From the NCBI GenBank assembly GCA_958009085.1, contig OY253668.1:992001-1056000 (forward strand): a DNA stretch of 64,000 nucleotides. Reading direction: 5' to 3'. The first letter of the stretch is position 1; each line of letters starts with the position of its first letter. Below the pieces are notes generated by a model. That model was not told where the DNA came from, made no database searches, and saw nothing but the letters and a program-made list of their open reading frames with translations. A program made the position numbers and the translations under genes. Positions 51,401 to 63,049 of this stretch are shown piece by piece. This DNA is from Protoeuglena noctilucae (lineage: Eukaryota).

Positions 51401-52667
51401 GGGATGAGTAGTGCTATGGAGGAGGGGGAGGGTCAGAGAAGAGATGTGGCGGGGTAGAGGGTGGATGGAAGTGCGTATGATGGGACGCTTGGCTGGGACA
51501 GTCAAAAGGACTGTCAGTGTTTTCAAGGCAGCAGATGGAGGGTGGCAGCATTACCGTTACCCCACTCCCCTCACTCCGCACCACCACCCCCTCACACCAC
51601 CTCACCTCCCACCGCTACCCCTCACCACCCCACCCCACCTCCCTCCCAGGCGCCAGCGTGTGCAGGAGAAGCTCGACGCGGAGCGCAAGTCCCGCATCTC
51701 CGTCACCCGCAAGGCCCCCCGGGTCAACGCGGCAGCTGCGGCCCGCATGCTGGAGCGCAAGACCAAGGGCGACGGTGCGGGTGTCACTCCGCTCGACGAC
51801 CCTCGCTTCAAGGCCATGTTCGAGAAGGACGACTTCCGGTGAGGAATGGGATGGAAGCGAATGTGACATGGCATTGATTCGGTGATGTGAGGGGCTGGGT
51901 CGCGTGGCGGCAGCATGGGTGGCGACGGGGTGGCGGTGGTGGTGGTGGTGGTGACGAGATTGTAACGACACTTGCTCATCTTAATCCTTCACGACACCTC
52001 TTTGCTTTCCAACCACCACAACTCACCGTCTCTCCCCCCACTCATACTCGCAGCATTGACGAGGAGGACGAGACGTACCGCGCCCTTCACCAGAGTGGGA
52101 GGAAGTCCAAGGCACTGGACAGGGAGCTGGTGCGGGAGCATTTCGTGGACGTGGACGGGGGAGACGAGGAGGAGGAGGATGAAGAGACGTCGCAGGGTGA
52201 GGGGGGCAGCTTGCGTGAGTGCATTCTTTAACACCTTTACACACTCAATCCCTCTTTCCCTCACTCACTCCCTCCCTCCCTCACTCGCTCCCTACCCCCC
52301 ACCCTTGTCTCACGCAGCATCCGAGGGCGAGCCCACCCCAGCACGTGGTCCCCGAATGCTGGCGGCAGTGGACGACAGGGCAGCCGAGGCATTCCTGGCG
52401 GGGACGAGTCTCAGATCGGAGAGAGAGGCGCCGATGGGGCAGAGGGCGGGGAGCGCGGGAGCGGGGGTGGCAGCAGGGGCGGGGAGGCGTGCGGTGGGGC
52501 CGCAGGAGGTGACGTTTGTGCCGCAGACAGTGGAGGGGGAGGGGGAGGGAGAGGGGAGGGGGGGGAGGAAGGGAGGGAGAGGGGGGCGAGGGAGGGGGCG
52601 GGGGCGTGGGGGGCGCGGGGGGGTGGGGAAGCGGGGTGGTCGGGGTGGGCGCGGCGGGAGGCGATGA
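48485..52667 (+). CDS. NOL10: Nucleolar protein 10 / Enp2 (WD40 ribosome biogenesis factor)
   Basis: [78 protein letters not shown]; RGG-rich tail. Confidence 0.95.
50956..51066 (+). repeat. ~55-bp tandem duplication in a NOL10 intron
   Basis: ggtgtgtgcgcgtgcgggtgcggtgttggtgtgctgttgtgataagctgatgtac occurs twice in tandem. Confidence 0.9.
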
Positions 52668-52886
52668 GGGGGTCGAGACATGCACACACAGTGCTGAATG
52701 TGCATTTGTATGGCTTAACTAATACAACCATGTGGGGTCGTTTCCATGGCTCATTTGCCTCATGCAGCCGCGACGCGCTGTCAACGGTGGGTGGCAGCCG
52801 GTCTTTTCTGGTGCGAGGCCAGCCTAGAAGGCTTTAATGCTTTGCATGAGAGATTCCTTGGCACTGTTATGCACCCCAGCAGTGTT

Positions 52887-55437
52887 TCAAAGGAAGGGGC
52901 GGTCGTCGGCGCCGCTCTCGGCCCAGGTTCCCTCATCCTCCGCCACACAATTGGCCCCTGCCGCAATGGCCAGGCACCGCTGCAGTACCCAGGCCCTGTC
53001 GACCCCACTTAGGGTAAAGTCGGTGGGGGGAGGGACGCCCGTGAGCACGTGGGTCTGCCAGAACCTCGACACCTGGGGGGGTAAATCGCTTTGCTAGGCC
53101 ATATGCACAGAGGCACAGAAACAGAGAGATGGGGAAAAGCACACAAACGGGCACAAGCACATACACACAGAGGCACGCACGGACACAGACAGGTGCGCAT
53201 CCCATGCACATGCCTCGTTCACGACATCAAATGCCTGCCTGGCTGCCAACAGGCCATCTCCTCACCATGCGGATGGCGCGGACCAGAAAGGCATCGTCCC
53301 TCTGCACCCGGTGCGCCGTGCACCCCCGCACGGCCGACCGACTGAGGAGGATTGCACTGCGCGCCCCGGTCGCCAGCATCGCTGCGGACAGCGTCAACCG
53401 CACCGACTGTCATGTCCATGCACCATATCCTTACATGACAGATGCATCTGGGACACTCACCCTTGACTAGGGTGACAGCAGCGTCACCACTCACCCCTCG
53501 CACACCTAATGCAGCACCACCACTCACCCATCTGCAGCTGTGGCACGGCGTGGGGCGGCACGCGGTCGTGGGGGCGTGGGCGGCCCAGCAGGTACCTCCC
53601 CCGACGGTCCTGCTGAAAGGGGCAGGGGCTCTTGACCTCCAACACCTCCGCAGTCCACGCTGACTCGCCACTGTCTCTACCACTATCTCTACCACCTCTA
53701 CCACCACTCGGCACGCCTGCGCCCACCGCCCTCGCTTGCGCCCTTGCAACCCCCGCCGACCCTTCCCCACTCATCTCGCCATCGCACTGGCACGTCCCAA
53801 ACACATCCTGCATGCTCCTTGGCCCCTCTGGGTCACGCCGTGCCATTCCGCCCCCCTCCCTCAACCTATCGCCTTGTGTCATCCCACCATCTCCGCCATC
53901 CCCGCTCTTGCTTTGTCCCTTCGCTCCTCCCCCTCTCCGCCGCCCCTTGCGTCGCCCCGCCCCGCCCCTCCGCCCCACTCCCGCCCCACCCTCCAGCCAC
54001 TCCGCTCGCACGTGTGCAGGAATCCACTCGGACTCGCTCCCTTTTTGATCCCCTTCCCCCGTCATCGGCTCTGCCACCGCCTGGCTGCATGGCACCACCC
54101 CGGCATGGTCCGGCACGCGGCGCCACCGAAAGCACGTTCCGCACACCCCGTCTCGTGCTGTGCTCTGTCGGGGTTCCTGCTCGCCCTCTGGTGCCCCGCC
54201 CCCGCTCCTGCCCACCCAGCGCGCCGGGCCAGGCCCCACCACTCGCACGGCCCCGTCCGAGGGGGCTGTTTCTGGCGCTTGGGGGTGCAAGAGGATGCCG
54301 TCTGGGGAGGCACCTAGTGGGGGCAGCTCCCAGGGGAAGACCTCGGGGACTCCCGCATCTGACTGGGGGCAGGGAGGGTGGGGGGTGCAGGGTCAGGCGA
54401 GCAACGCTGTCTGAGGGGCAAGGAAAGCGGGCCAATGCAGGCGTAGCTGGATAAGGTGCGGGGGGTTAGTGGGAGTGTCAGGTGAGCATTGCCCGAGCGT
54501 CTGTGAGAGTGCGGACACCGTAACGTGCGCCTACATGCACCCGCACGCAGCCTCACCCAGGGCAGCGCGGCGAGGGCGGCGGGGGTGACCATGCTCAGCC
54601 CCGTCGTCCGCACGCGCGCAGACGGCAGCAGCTCCAGCGCAGCCAGCACCCCCGACGCCTCCTGCGCTCGGCCCCACGCGCTCCCCACGCCGTCGCGCCG
54701 GATGGCCGCCTGCGCCGCCGCCTTCGTGGCCGCGTCCCGCAACTCTCTTGACACCTCTACCTCATCGACGCCCTCCGCCCAGTGGGGGCGCTCTAGCCAG
54801 ACGGGCGCAGGGGCCGCGTTGGCGCCCCGCCCTTCACCACGCAGGGCATGGAACTGCGGAAAACCTACTCGGTAGTTGGTTAGGCTTCACGCGAACTGCA
54901 TCGCACGCATGCTGAAAAGGCGAGACCCCAACGCACGGGGTCAACCCTTTGCAGTCAGACAGGTGCTCTGGTCTGACCTGGTCCACGGCCCGCCCGTGGC
55001 CGGCGAGGGTGGCTGGCGCGCCGAGAGCCTTCGCGGCGCGAGGCTCCAGCAGACCCAGCACAGCAGAGAGGGTGCTGCCCGTCACGACACCCTGCGCGGG
55101 GCAGAGGGGAGCGCTGGGCACCGGGAGCAGCGTTCAGCAGCACTCGCGTCGTGCCCATGCGACGACTCACCCGTCGAAGCGCCCACCACTCTTCCGTGTC
55201 CTGTGCGGCCTCTGCCCACGTCAAAGGGTCCGCCTGCGACACTCCACATGGCTCGCCGCGCTCCAGGTAGCGCGGGTGGCCGTGCAGGGCCCGCCAGGAC
55301 GTCGCCCTGAAGAAGATATTCGGGATGCCCCCCTCTGCTCCCTGCATGGAATCATTCCGCACGTACGTGAACGTCGCTGGGCGCATCGGACGGTGGCAAG
55401 CCACGCGCGGCGGGTCGGATGGGACGTGGAGGGCCAT
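52887..55437 (-). CDS. YqaJ/lambda-exonuclease-like PD-(D/E)xK nuclease; multi-exon (start uncertain, possibly 55740)
   Basis: QDTEEWWALRR/GVVTGSTLSAVLG, AWGRAQE, LGASPDGIL, VLEVKSP and PQLQ in canonical order. Confidence 0.82.
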
Positions 55438-55986
55438 GAAGGGCCGCCGCCTCCATGCGCCGCGGGTGCCCGTCCATCGGTGGGCTTGTCCTCTCGGCCG
55501 CCAATCGAATTGGGCCCAATAGCAATGCCAGCCGTAACCAGTTTTCTGACGCGATCTGACGCGGCGCGACGCCACCTGCGAGCGAGCCCCGACGCCCCTG
55601 TCCTTTTCTTCAAACGTGTTTCCACGTCCCCCGAAGCAGGTGCTTGCTTGCCAACGCTCGTTTGCCACGCCCGCGTTTTCGTAGCGTAGCCGAGGCGGAC
55701 CTCCCGCCCCGTTGTTCCCATCCGTAGCCGCTTGGATCATGTTTTCCGGCCGCGCAGCCGCTGGGCCGCCCTGCGCGCCCGGCGCTGCGGCGAGCCCGTC
55801 TCGCCGCCCCCCCTCGATTGCGTCCCCGTCTCCGCCGCTCGGCGGCTTTGCCCCTCGCGGTCGTAGTTTTAATCGTCCCTCCTTCCCCTCTCGAGGCGTC
55901 TCCACGTCCCCCAGGGAGACTCCTTCTCTCTGGGGCGGTGGAGTGCCGTAACCCGTTGCTCCCCCGCCCCCTCGCAGGCGATCAAC

Positions 55987-56782
55987 ATGGCCCCCGTCAA
56001 GTCCGCCAAGAAGAAGGAGCAGGTCTTCAAGATCGACTGCTCCACCCCGGTGGAGGACAACGTCATGAAGGTCGTGGCCCTGGAGGACGTGAGTGTGCCG
56101 GCTGGCTCCGGCCCCGTGCGGCCACCCCAGGCCTCCGCGTGCGCTCGGAGCCGCGCCGACGCCCGCTCTTCGCCTCACGCAGTACCTCCGCGGCAAGATC
56201 AAGGTCGATAAGAAGACGGGCAACCTCGGCGACAACGTCAAGCTCGCCTCGAGCAAGACCCACATCACCGTCACGTCCGGTGAGGCCCGCGCGCGCCGTG
56301 GCAACCCTCGCCTCCTTCCGCACCCGCCGCTGGGGTCTTGAGCGGTCCCTGCCGCCAGTGCATGAGCAACGGTGCCCTGGCACCAATCCACCCACGCAGA
56401 GGTGGCCCTGTCGAAGAAGTACCTCAAGTACCTCACGAAGAAGTTCCTGAAGAAGTACGGCGCCAGGGACTGGGTCCGCGTGGTGGCGGTGTCCAAGGAC
56501 ACGTACAAGGTGGGGCGCTGAAGCGGCCTGGGCCGTGGATGTCGGCTCCGGATGCGCCGGGGCTGATGAAGAACGTGTTGTCCAATCGCTGGCTGAGCGG
56601 ACACCTGCGCTGATGACCAACACCACGTCATAGCTGCGTTCGTTCTGACCCGCCACGCCCACAGCACGCCTCGGCCCGCCCGTGCCGCGATGCGCACGCT
56701 GACGGTGACCCTGCGCCCTGCTTGCCTGCAGATGGTGTACTTCAAGCAGGCTGGCAACGAGGAGGAGGAGGAGGACAAGTGA
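55987..56782 (+). CDS. RPL22: 60S ribosomal protein eL22
   Basis: [42 protein letters not shown]...[11 protein letters not shown] plus acidic tail. Confidence 0.96.
56558..56652 (+). ncRNA. Intronic box C/D snoRNA in the last RPL22 intron
   Basis: Box C CTGATGA 56563-56569, D' CTGA 56593-56596, C' TGATGA 56611-56616, D CTGA 56645-56648, terminal stem CGGG/CCCG and two rRNA-antisense elements. Confidence 0.7.
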
Positions 56783-57656
56783 TCGTCCTCCCGGGCGTCG
56801 TAGCCACGTCCACGTTCAGGGGCGCGGGCTCCGGCCCGCGTCCTGGGGGTGTGAAGCGTTTGAAGAGGGAAAATGCCAGTTGCTGCGCTCGGGGCCAGGT
56901 CACTGTGCTTGAGAAAGCAGTCGAAGGTGTCTGTCGTGCCGCTGGCAGGAGCTTGTGACAGGCCGCTACAAGTCACGTCACGTGGGCTCATCCTTCGCAC
57001 TCCCCGGTAGTTGGACCCGTGCCGTGTCACTGCCGCTGTGTCGATACTCTGCATGGCAAGGCTGTTGCGCATTCAGACTCTGACTCGGACCACCCGTCGC
57101 CCCATTGCCGTTCTCAGTCGCTGAAGTGCGATCGCGTGTGCGCGGTGGTGCACGTGCAGGCGTAGGTGAGCGCGCTGCGCTGTCCGGGAGGCCCGACGCG
57201 CAGGCGAGGGAAGTGACCGATCCTCGCTGCGCGTGGGGCGGCGATCCGCCCCCTCTCGTGCGACGATTCCAGCGATACAATGTTTGTGCGTTTTCGGCCG
57301 GCTTCTCGTGGCCCCGCTTGGCCCCTGCCGGCCCGATGGTCGCTGCAAGTCCAACTGCCCATCGACGCCGTGCCTCGACCCCGCCACGCGCTTCCGTCCC
57401 CGCCGGCGGAGCGCCGCATAATCTCACTCCACAACGCTGTCCTTTGCGCCAGCTTGGACCTCTCCCCGGGCGCCTCGCGGCCGCACGAGCGAGGTTGGAG
57501 CATGGTCGCAAAAACTGCAGGCCCCTCCTGCCCCGCCGCGCCCGCAGGCATCGACCCTCACCTCCCCCGTGCTTCCCCAACCTCCAGCGGCCTGGCCGAT
57601 AGCTAAGGACTTGTTGTTCCGCGCCCCGCCGGGGCCCGCGCGACCCGGGTTCGGCC

Positions 57657-59996
57657 ATGGTGTTTGGGCTCGGCAAGCGTAAACTCCGCCCGCCGCACGA
57701 GTGCGTCGACGGCGCCGTGGAGGCCGTCCAGCAGCTTCGGTGCGTCGCAGCGCGACCACACGATCCTTGCCACGCGTCGCTGCGGCCTGAACGTCGCTTT
57801 GCGGGGGCACAAGCGAGCGTGCGATGCATCGCTTCCCTTAGCTGTCCCCAGGAGCACATCCAAGGATGAGAAGGCCCACAAAAAGAACGTGGAGGACCTC
57901 GACCGATGCTTTTACTCGATCAAGTGCCACCTCTTTGGGGACGAGGACCACGAGACGAGCGTGGCAGCGGCGTCGGCCGTGGCGTCCGCGGCAGTGCGGT
58001 GCGTGGGGGAGGGGCGTTTAGCAAGCACGAAAGAGCTTGGGACAGCGAGGGGCAGGGAGGGGCCATGGTAGGCACTCTTCACCTCCCTGCCACACCCCAT
58101 GCATAACCGCGCCTGCCACGCAATCTCAGCCCCCACCACCTCACCGCCCACGCCCTTGTCCACCCCAGTGCCGGTCTCCTCGAAGTGTTGGCCCAGGACA
58201 TCGACGTCATGGAGTTCGAGCACCGCAAGGACGCCGCATACATCTTCGGGGCCGTGGTGCGGATGAAGGAGACGGAGCCAGAGTACGAGGGGGCGCGGTA
58301 CGTGGAGGGGCACCCGCAGGCGAGGGGGGTGGTGGGTGGGTGGCTGGCTGGGGGTGCAGGGGTGGGCAGGTGTGGGTGTGGTTTGGTATGCAGGGGTGTA
58401 TAGGTGTGGTTGTGGTTTGGTATGCAAGGGTGTGCCCGCCACCGCTCCTCGTCCGCACCCACCCACTGCTTCGCTGCCCATGCGCTCACCACCCTGCCCG
58501 CGCCCGTGCGTGTTCAGATCGTGGAGAAGCTCCTCCAGGGATACGAGAACAACCACGTGGCCATTGCGTGCGGGTCCATGCTGAGGGACTGCATGCGGCA
58601 CCCCACGCTGGCGGCCGTGGTGCTCTCGCAGGAGAGCTTCTGGGAGCTGTTCCGGCACATGGAGGTGAGGCGCCAGAGGCAGTGTCAAGTGACCATGCAC
58701 GGCAGTAGTGGCCTGGCACCTGGCCAGGGGCGACGACCCATGCTGCCACCAACTCACCTCACCCACCCCCCTTTCATTACCATTCAGAACCCCGCGTTTG
58801 AGATCGCGTCGGACGCCTTCTCGACGTTCAAGGAGTCCCTAACCAAGCACCCCGCCCACTCGGCCCCCGTGGTCATGTCGCAGCTGGACCGATTCATCGA
58901 GGCATACCTGGGGCTCCTGAGGTCAGACAACTACGTGGTCAAGAGGCAGAGGTGAGGGAGTGGCGGTGACGGTGGTGGCGATGCCCACACTCACGGTGGT
59001 GGGAGTGACGCATTCTTTGCGTCGTGCATTGCCGTCACACATCGACCACTCCACTCCCGCACCTGCACCCTGCCATACACCTCCCCCACCCCTCTGCACC
59101 CACCCACCCCTCTGCACCCACCCCTCTGCACCCACCCCACCTCTCTGCACCCACCTCTCTGCACCCACCCTCTGCACCCACCCCTCTGCACTCACCCCTC
59201 AGCACCCACCCACGCCTCTGCACCCACCCCACTGCACCCACCCCACCCCTACCCCTCCCCTCTGCACCCACCCCACCCCTACCCCTCCCTCCCCAGTCTC
59301 CACCTTTTGGGCGACCTCCTGGGCCTCCCCGAGTACTCCGGCCTCATGCTGCGCATTATCAACCGCCTCGACTGCCTCATGCTGGTCATGAACCTCCTGA
59401 GGGACCCCCTGCGCCACATCGCCTACGAGGCGTTTGTCGTATTCAAGTCCTTCCTCATCGCCCACGCCGCGGGGAGGCTGCAGGAGCCGGCGGTCGAGGA
59501 AGTGCTGAGGAGGAACCGGGACAAACTCATCGCATTCGTGGGGGGGTTCCAGGTGACACCTGAGGGTGGGGCAGATGGGGTGTGAGGTGGCAGATGGTGG
59601 TGAGCAGGTGGGGTGGAAGTGGTGGGGTGGGAGAGATGGGGGGTGGCAGTGCGTACAGGGTCATGATTATGCACTTGCGTTCGTCCTCCTTGCCACCTTT
59701 GCATGGCTTCGCATGCCCCGGGACCACCCCACTCGCGCCCAGCTATGTGCGTCGTCCCACCCGCATTCCATCGCACACATCCATCCAATCTGCAGTTGGA
59801 GCGCGATGCGGAGGACGAGGATTTCCGAGAGGAGCGGGAACTGGTCAAGAACATCATCCGGCGCATCCCGGCATTCGAGGCCGAGGGGTCCGCCGAGGGG
59901 GGCAGCCAGCGCGCGTCGGGGGGCGTGGGGGGAGGGTCGCCGGGTGCCGCGCAAGCGCAGGGGCAGGGGCCGGGAGAGGTGCCCCGCTTCCAATGA
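57657..59996 (+). CDS. MO25: MO25/CAB39 family scaffold protein
   Basis: MEFEHRKDAAYIF, IACGSMLRDCMRH, FEIASDAFSTFKESLTKH, LLRSDNYVVKRQ, LGDLL, IAYEAFVVFK, DEDFREERELV. Confidence 0.94.
59085..59295 (+). repeat. C-rich minisatellite (CTCTGCACCCACCC variants) in a MO25 intron
   Basis: About nine imperfect tandem units. Confidence 0.85.
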
Positions 59997-60615
59997 CGGA
60001 GTGCAGAGGAGCGGGGGTGCGTGGGCGGGGTGGCGAGGCGTGGCGCTCAAGTGCAGGGTGGGACAGGGCCGGGTTGCGACGCGATGTGCTAGAGAGAGCG
60101 CGAGTTGTGGAGCCTTGTCCCACCCTGGCGCTGGCGCCACACGGTCGGCGTAGGACTGGCATGGATTGGATTGGCATAGGGGTATTTACCCTATGGGTTA
60201 AATTCTGGTCGGAGAGCGGCTATGGGAAGGCTCACGGCTGTGCAATGGTTGCAGATGGCGCGAGGACTGCGAAAGCACACATTCGCACGTGGCAATGGCG
60301 ATAGATGGGTGAGTGGCTACCTGGAGCCTTGGCGGTGCAGCCTGGGCGACTTACAGAGACTGCATGTGTGACTGCTTGCGTGGCTTACGGTTTGTGGTTG
60401 CTGCGGAGGGCCCCTGCTCGCCCTGCGAAGCGGCCACACCGCGCTTCGTGCTTCATGGCGGGTGGATAAAACGGGATGGATTTGAACAGGTACTGGGAAA
60501 CAAGGGAATTCCTAGTAACGAGGCTAGTCTCTGCGCCCGGTCAGCTGCATCATTGCCAGCCTATCAAGCTGCGCTCTTCCATCACGCATCATGCATCACA
60601 CTGCCAGCCCCTCCA

Positions 60616-62672
60616 TCACGCGTCATCTCCACCACCAGCCCCTCCATCGCCCATCTTCGCCTTCAGCACCGTGATCACGCTTCGCCGCCACTCCGCCGGT
60701 CCTGCGCTCTCGCAGACCTCGAGAGCCGTCCGCCCATCCAAGTCTCGCACCCAGGGGTCCACCCCCGCCTCGCACACCGCCGTAGCTGCTCTCTGCGTCT
60801 CCTCCACCGCCTGCTCCATCGGGGTGAACAACCTGGGAGCGTCCGCCGCCGCCAGCGCGTGCAAGGAGGTGCCGCCCCGGATGTCGGTCGCGCGCAGGTC
60901 GACGCCCCGCTGCGCCAGGGCCAGGAAGCCACCCCAGGCCCCCCGCCGCAGCATCGCCATGGCCGGGGTCCGCCCATCGCGGTCCCGGGCATCCAGCGCC
61001 GCCCCGTGCCTCGCCAGCACCTCCACCTGCTCGGCGCCCCACGTCATGTGCAGGAACGTCGTGTCGGTTTCGGCGAGGCGCCAGCCCACCCCCACCCCCG
61101 CCCCCAGCAGCACCTCCATGCACCGGGCGGCCTTGGCGCAGTCGGGCGGCTTCGCCTCCGCAGCGTACCGCATGGTATCCGCCAGATCCACCCGGGATAA
61201 GGGCGCGTGGCTCGCCAGAGACTCCGCGTCAGGGGGGTCGACCAGGGCCTGGAGGACCTGGGGGCTGCCCCAGACCACGCCACGCCAGAGCGTGCCACGG
61301 CTCACGACGGTGCCCAGCCGCACGAGCTCCCGGGCCACAGCCGCGTCGGCACCCTCGCCCAGCCGCACCAGCCGGTCCAGGGCCGTCCACCCGTCCTCGT
61401 CAGGCGCGTTGACATCGTCCATGCCATGGTTATGCAGCCACCGCACCACCTGGCCGGTGCTGGCCCGGCAGAAGAGGTCGGAGGCCAAGGCCCCCTCGTG
61501 GACGTCCACGCCCAGCTCAACCAGGCAATCCAGCACCGAGAGGTCCCCACGTGCGACGGCCCGCGTCAGCGCGACCGGGGTGAAGACGCGGGGCAGGTCG
61601 AACCGGGGTGTCCTTTCGGCCAGAGCGCGCAGGACGCCCGCCGTTCCCCGGCACCCGCACGCCTGGGTGACGACCATGTCGGTCACGCGCGCCCCGCGCC
61701 CCAGCAGCGCCCTCACGACCTCCTCGTGACCCGCGGCTGCCGCGTGCGTCAGCGGCGACCACCCACGGCCGCCGGTCTCCACCGCGTAGGAAGGGACGGA
61801 CTCGGCGTTGACGACCGCGGCTGCCTCGCGCCCAGGGACCCGGGCGTCGATGCACGCCTGCACCGCCCTCAGGCACCCCCGCTCCGCGCACACTGCCAGC
61901 GCCGAGATCTCGCCCTCATTGGCGTGCATGGGATCGAACCCCAGCGAGGCCGCGAGGCGCACGAGGGCGGCCAGGGCCTGGTCGTCGTAGATGAACTCCC
62001 ATTGGGCTTGGCCAGGCACCGGGCGCTGCGACACGGCCGCCAGGGCCAGCAGGGACGGCGACAGGCGCATCTTGCTCAGGCCCCACGTCGGCCCAAAGTA
62101 CATCACGTCTGGCTCGTCTGGCTCGGTGCACAGCAGCGCCAGGCGCCCGTGGCCCGTCATGGCGATGTGCGCCGCCTGCGATCCGCCGTGGGCCCAGCAA
62201 GCCAGGGGACCTGAGAAGCGGTCGGTCCCGAACTTGCTGACGTCGTGGACCGACATTCCCTCCCCCGCTCGGCAAGGCCGCACGCCGAACTCGGCCCAGG
62301 CGCGGTGGGGCGACGACGGGTCCACGAGGCGGCGGAGATCCTCGTCCTCTGCCGTCACGAGGGCCTCCCGCACATTTGTCAGGTCCTCGAGCGGGAGCAT
62401 CTTGATGATTTCACTTTGCACCGCTATGGGAAGCCCTGGAAGGGTCAAGGGTCGTCGTGATAACGTTTGTCAGAGCAATGGCACGCGGCGTCTGCGCAGA
62501 AGAGCACTGCGCGGCGCATTGAAAACATCATGACGGTCGCATTCGCAGAAGGCTGCTTCATCATGTACGGGCTCTGTGCCGCACCTGGGAAATTGAAGTG
62601 TGGGGGCTCGGTGGCGTCCTCCACGCCCGGGGAAGCCCCCATCGCCTCCTCGGAGAACTCGTGCAGTACCAT
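60616..62672 (-). CDS. F-box plus ankyrin-repeat protein, paralog of 28376-30180
   Basis: Short exon 1 ending FNFP-G, phase-1 intron, F-box LPIAVQSEIIKMLPLEDL; ankyrin repeats SPLTHAAAAGHEEVVRALLGRGA, DGWTALD, DGRTPAM, GGTSLHALA, DGRTALE. Confidence 0.88.
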
Positions 62673-63049
62673 GCTAGTGTCTGTCTATGCGCAGCAGGAT
62701 GCGGTGTCTCACGACTCTCGGGTGGCCGCGGTTCGGCGCGAAGCACAGTGGGACTGTGCTGCGCTCGCGCCCGGCGAATTGCGCCCCTCTGCGCGAACCA
62801 GGTCGCTGCCGGTGTACTCATGACCACGTTTGCTAGCTGTCTCACCTGTACTCGTGGGGATTATTCGTCGGACGGCACGGAGGATCGCGGCAGATGTTTC
62901 TGCATGCACCCTGACGCTCAGCGAACGCACTAGCGCCCAGCGTCTCGTATCGCGCACTGATTGTATATGTGGCAGACAGCTGCAGCGAAAGCTGGGCTCG
63001 AGTGCGCTCCGCCGGCCGAGCGTGCTGCGTTTCAAGCGCGGGCGCGTCA

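Noticed and set aside
56538..56548. GATGTCGGCTC identical to sense LSU rRNA within the RPL22 intron
   Set aside because: An 11-nt match outside the snoRNA boxes, with no support for an rRNA-mimic role.
54955..57072. 705-aa ORF antisense to RPL22
   Set aside because: Only its distal part is the first exon of the YqaJ-like gene; the rest is a GC-rich shadow ORF.
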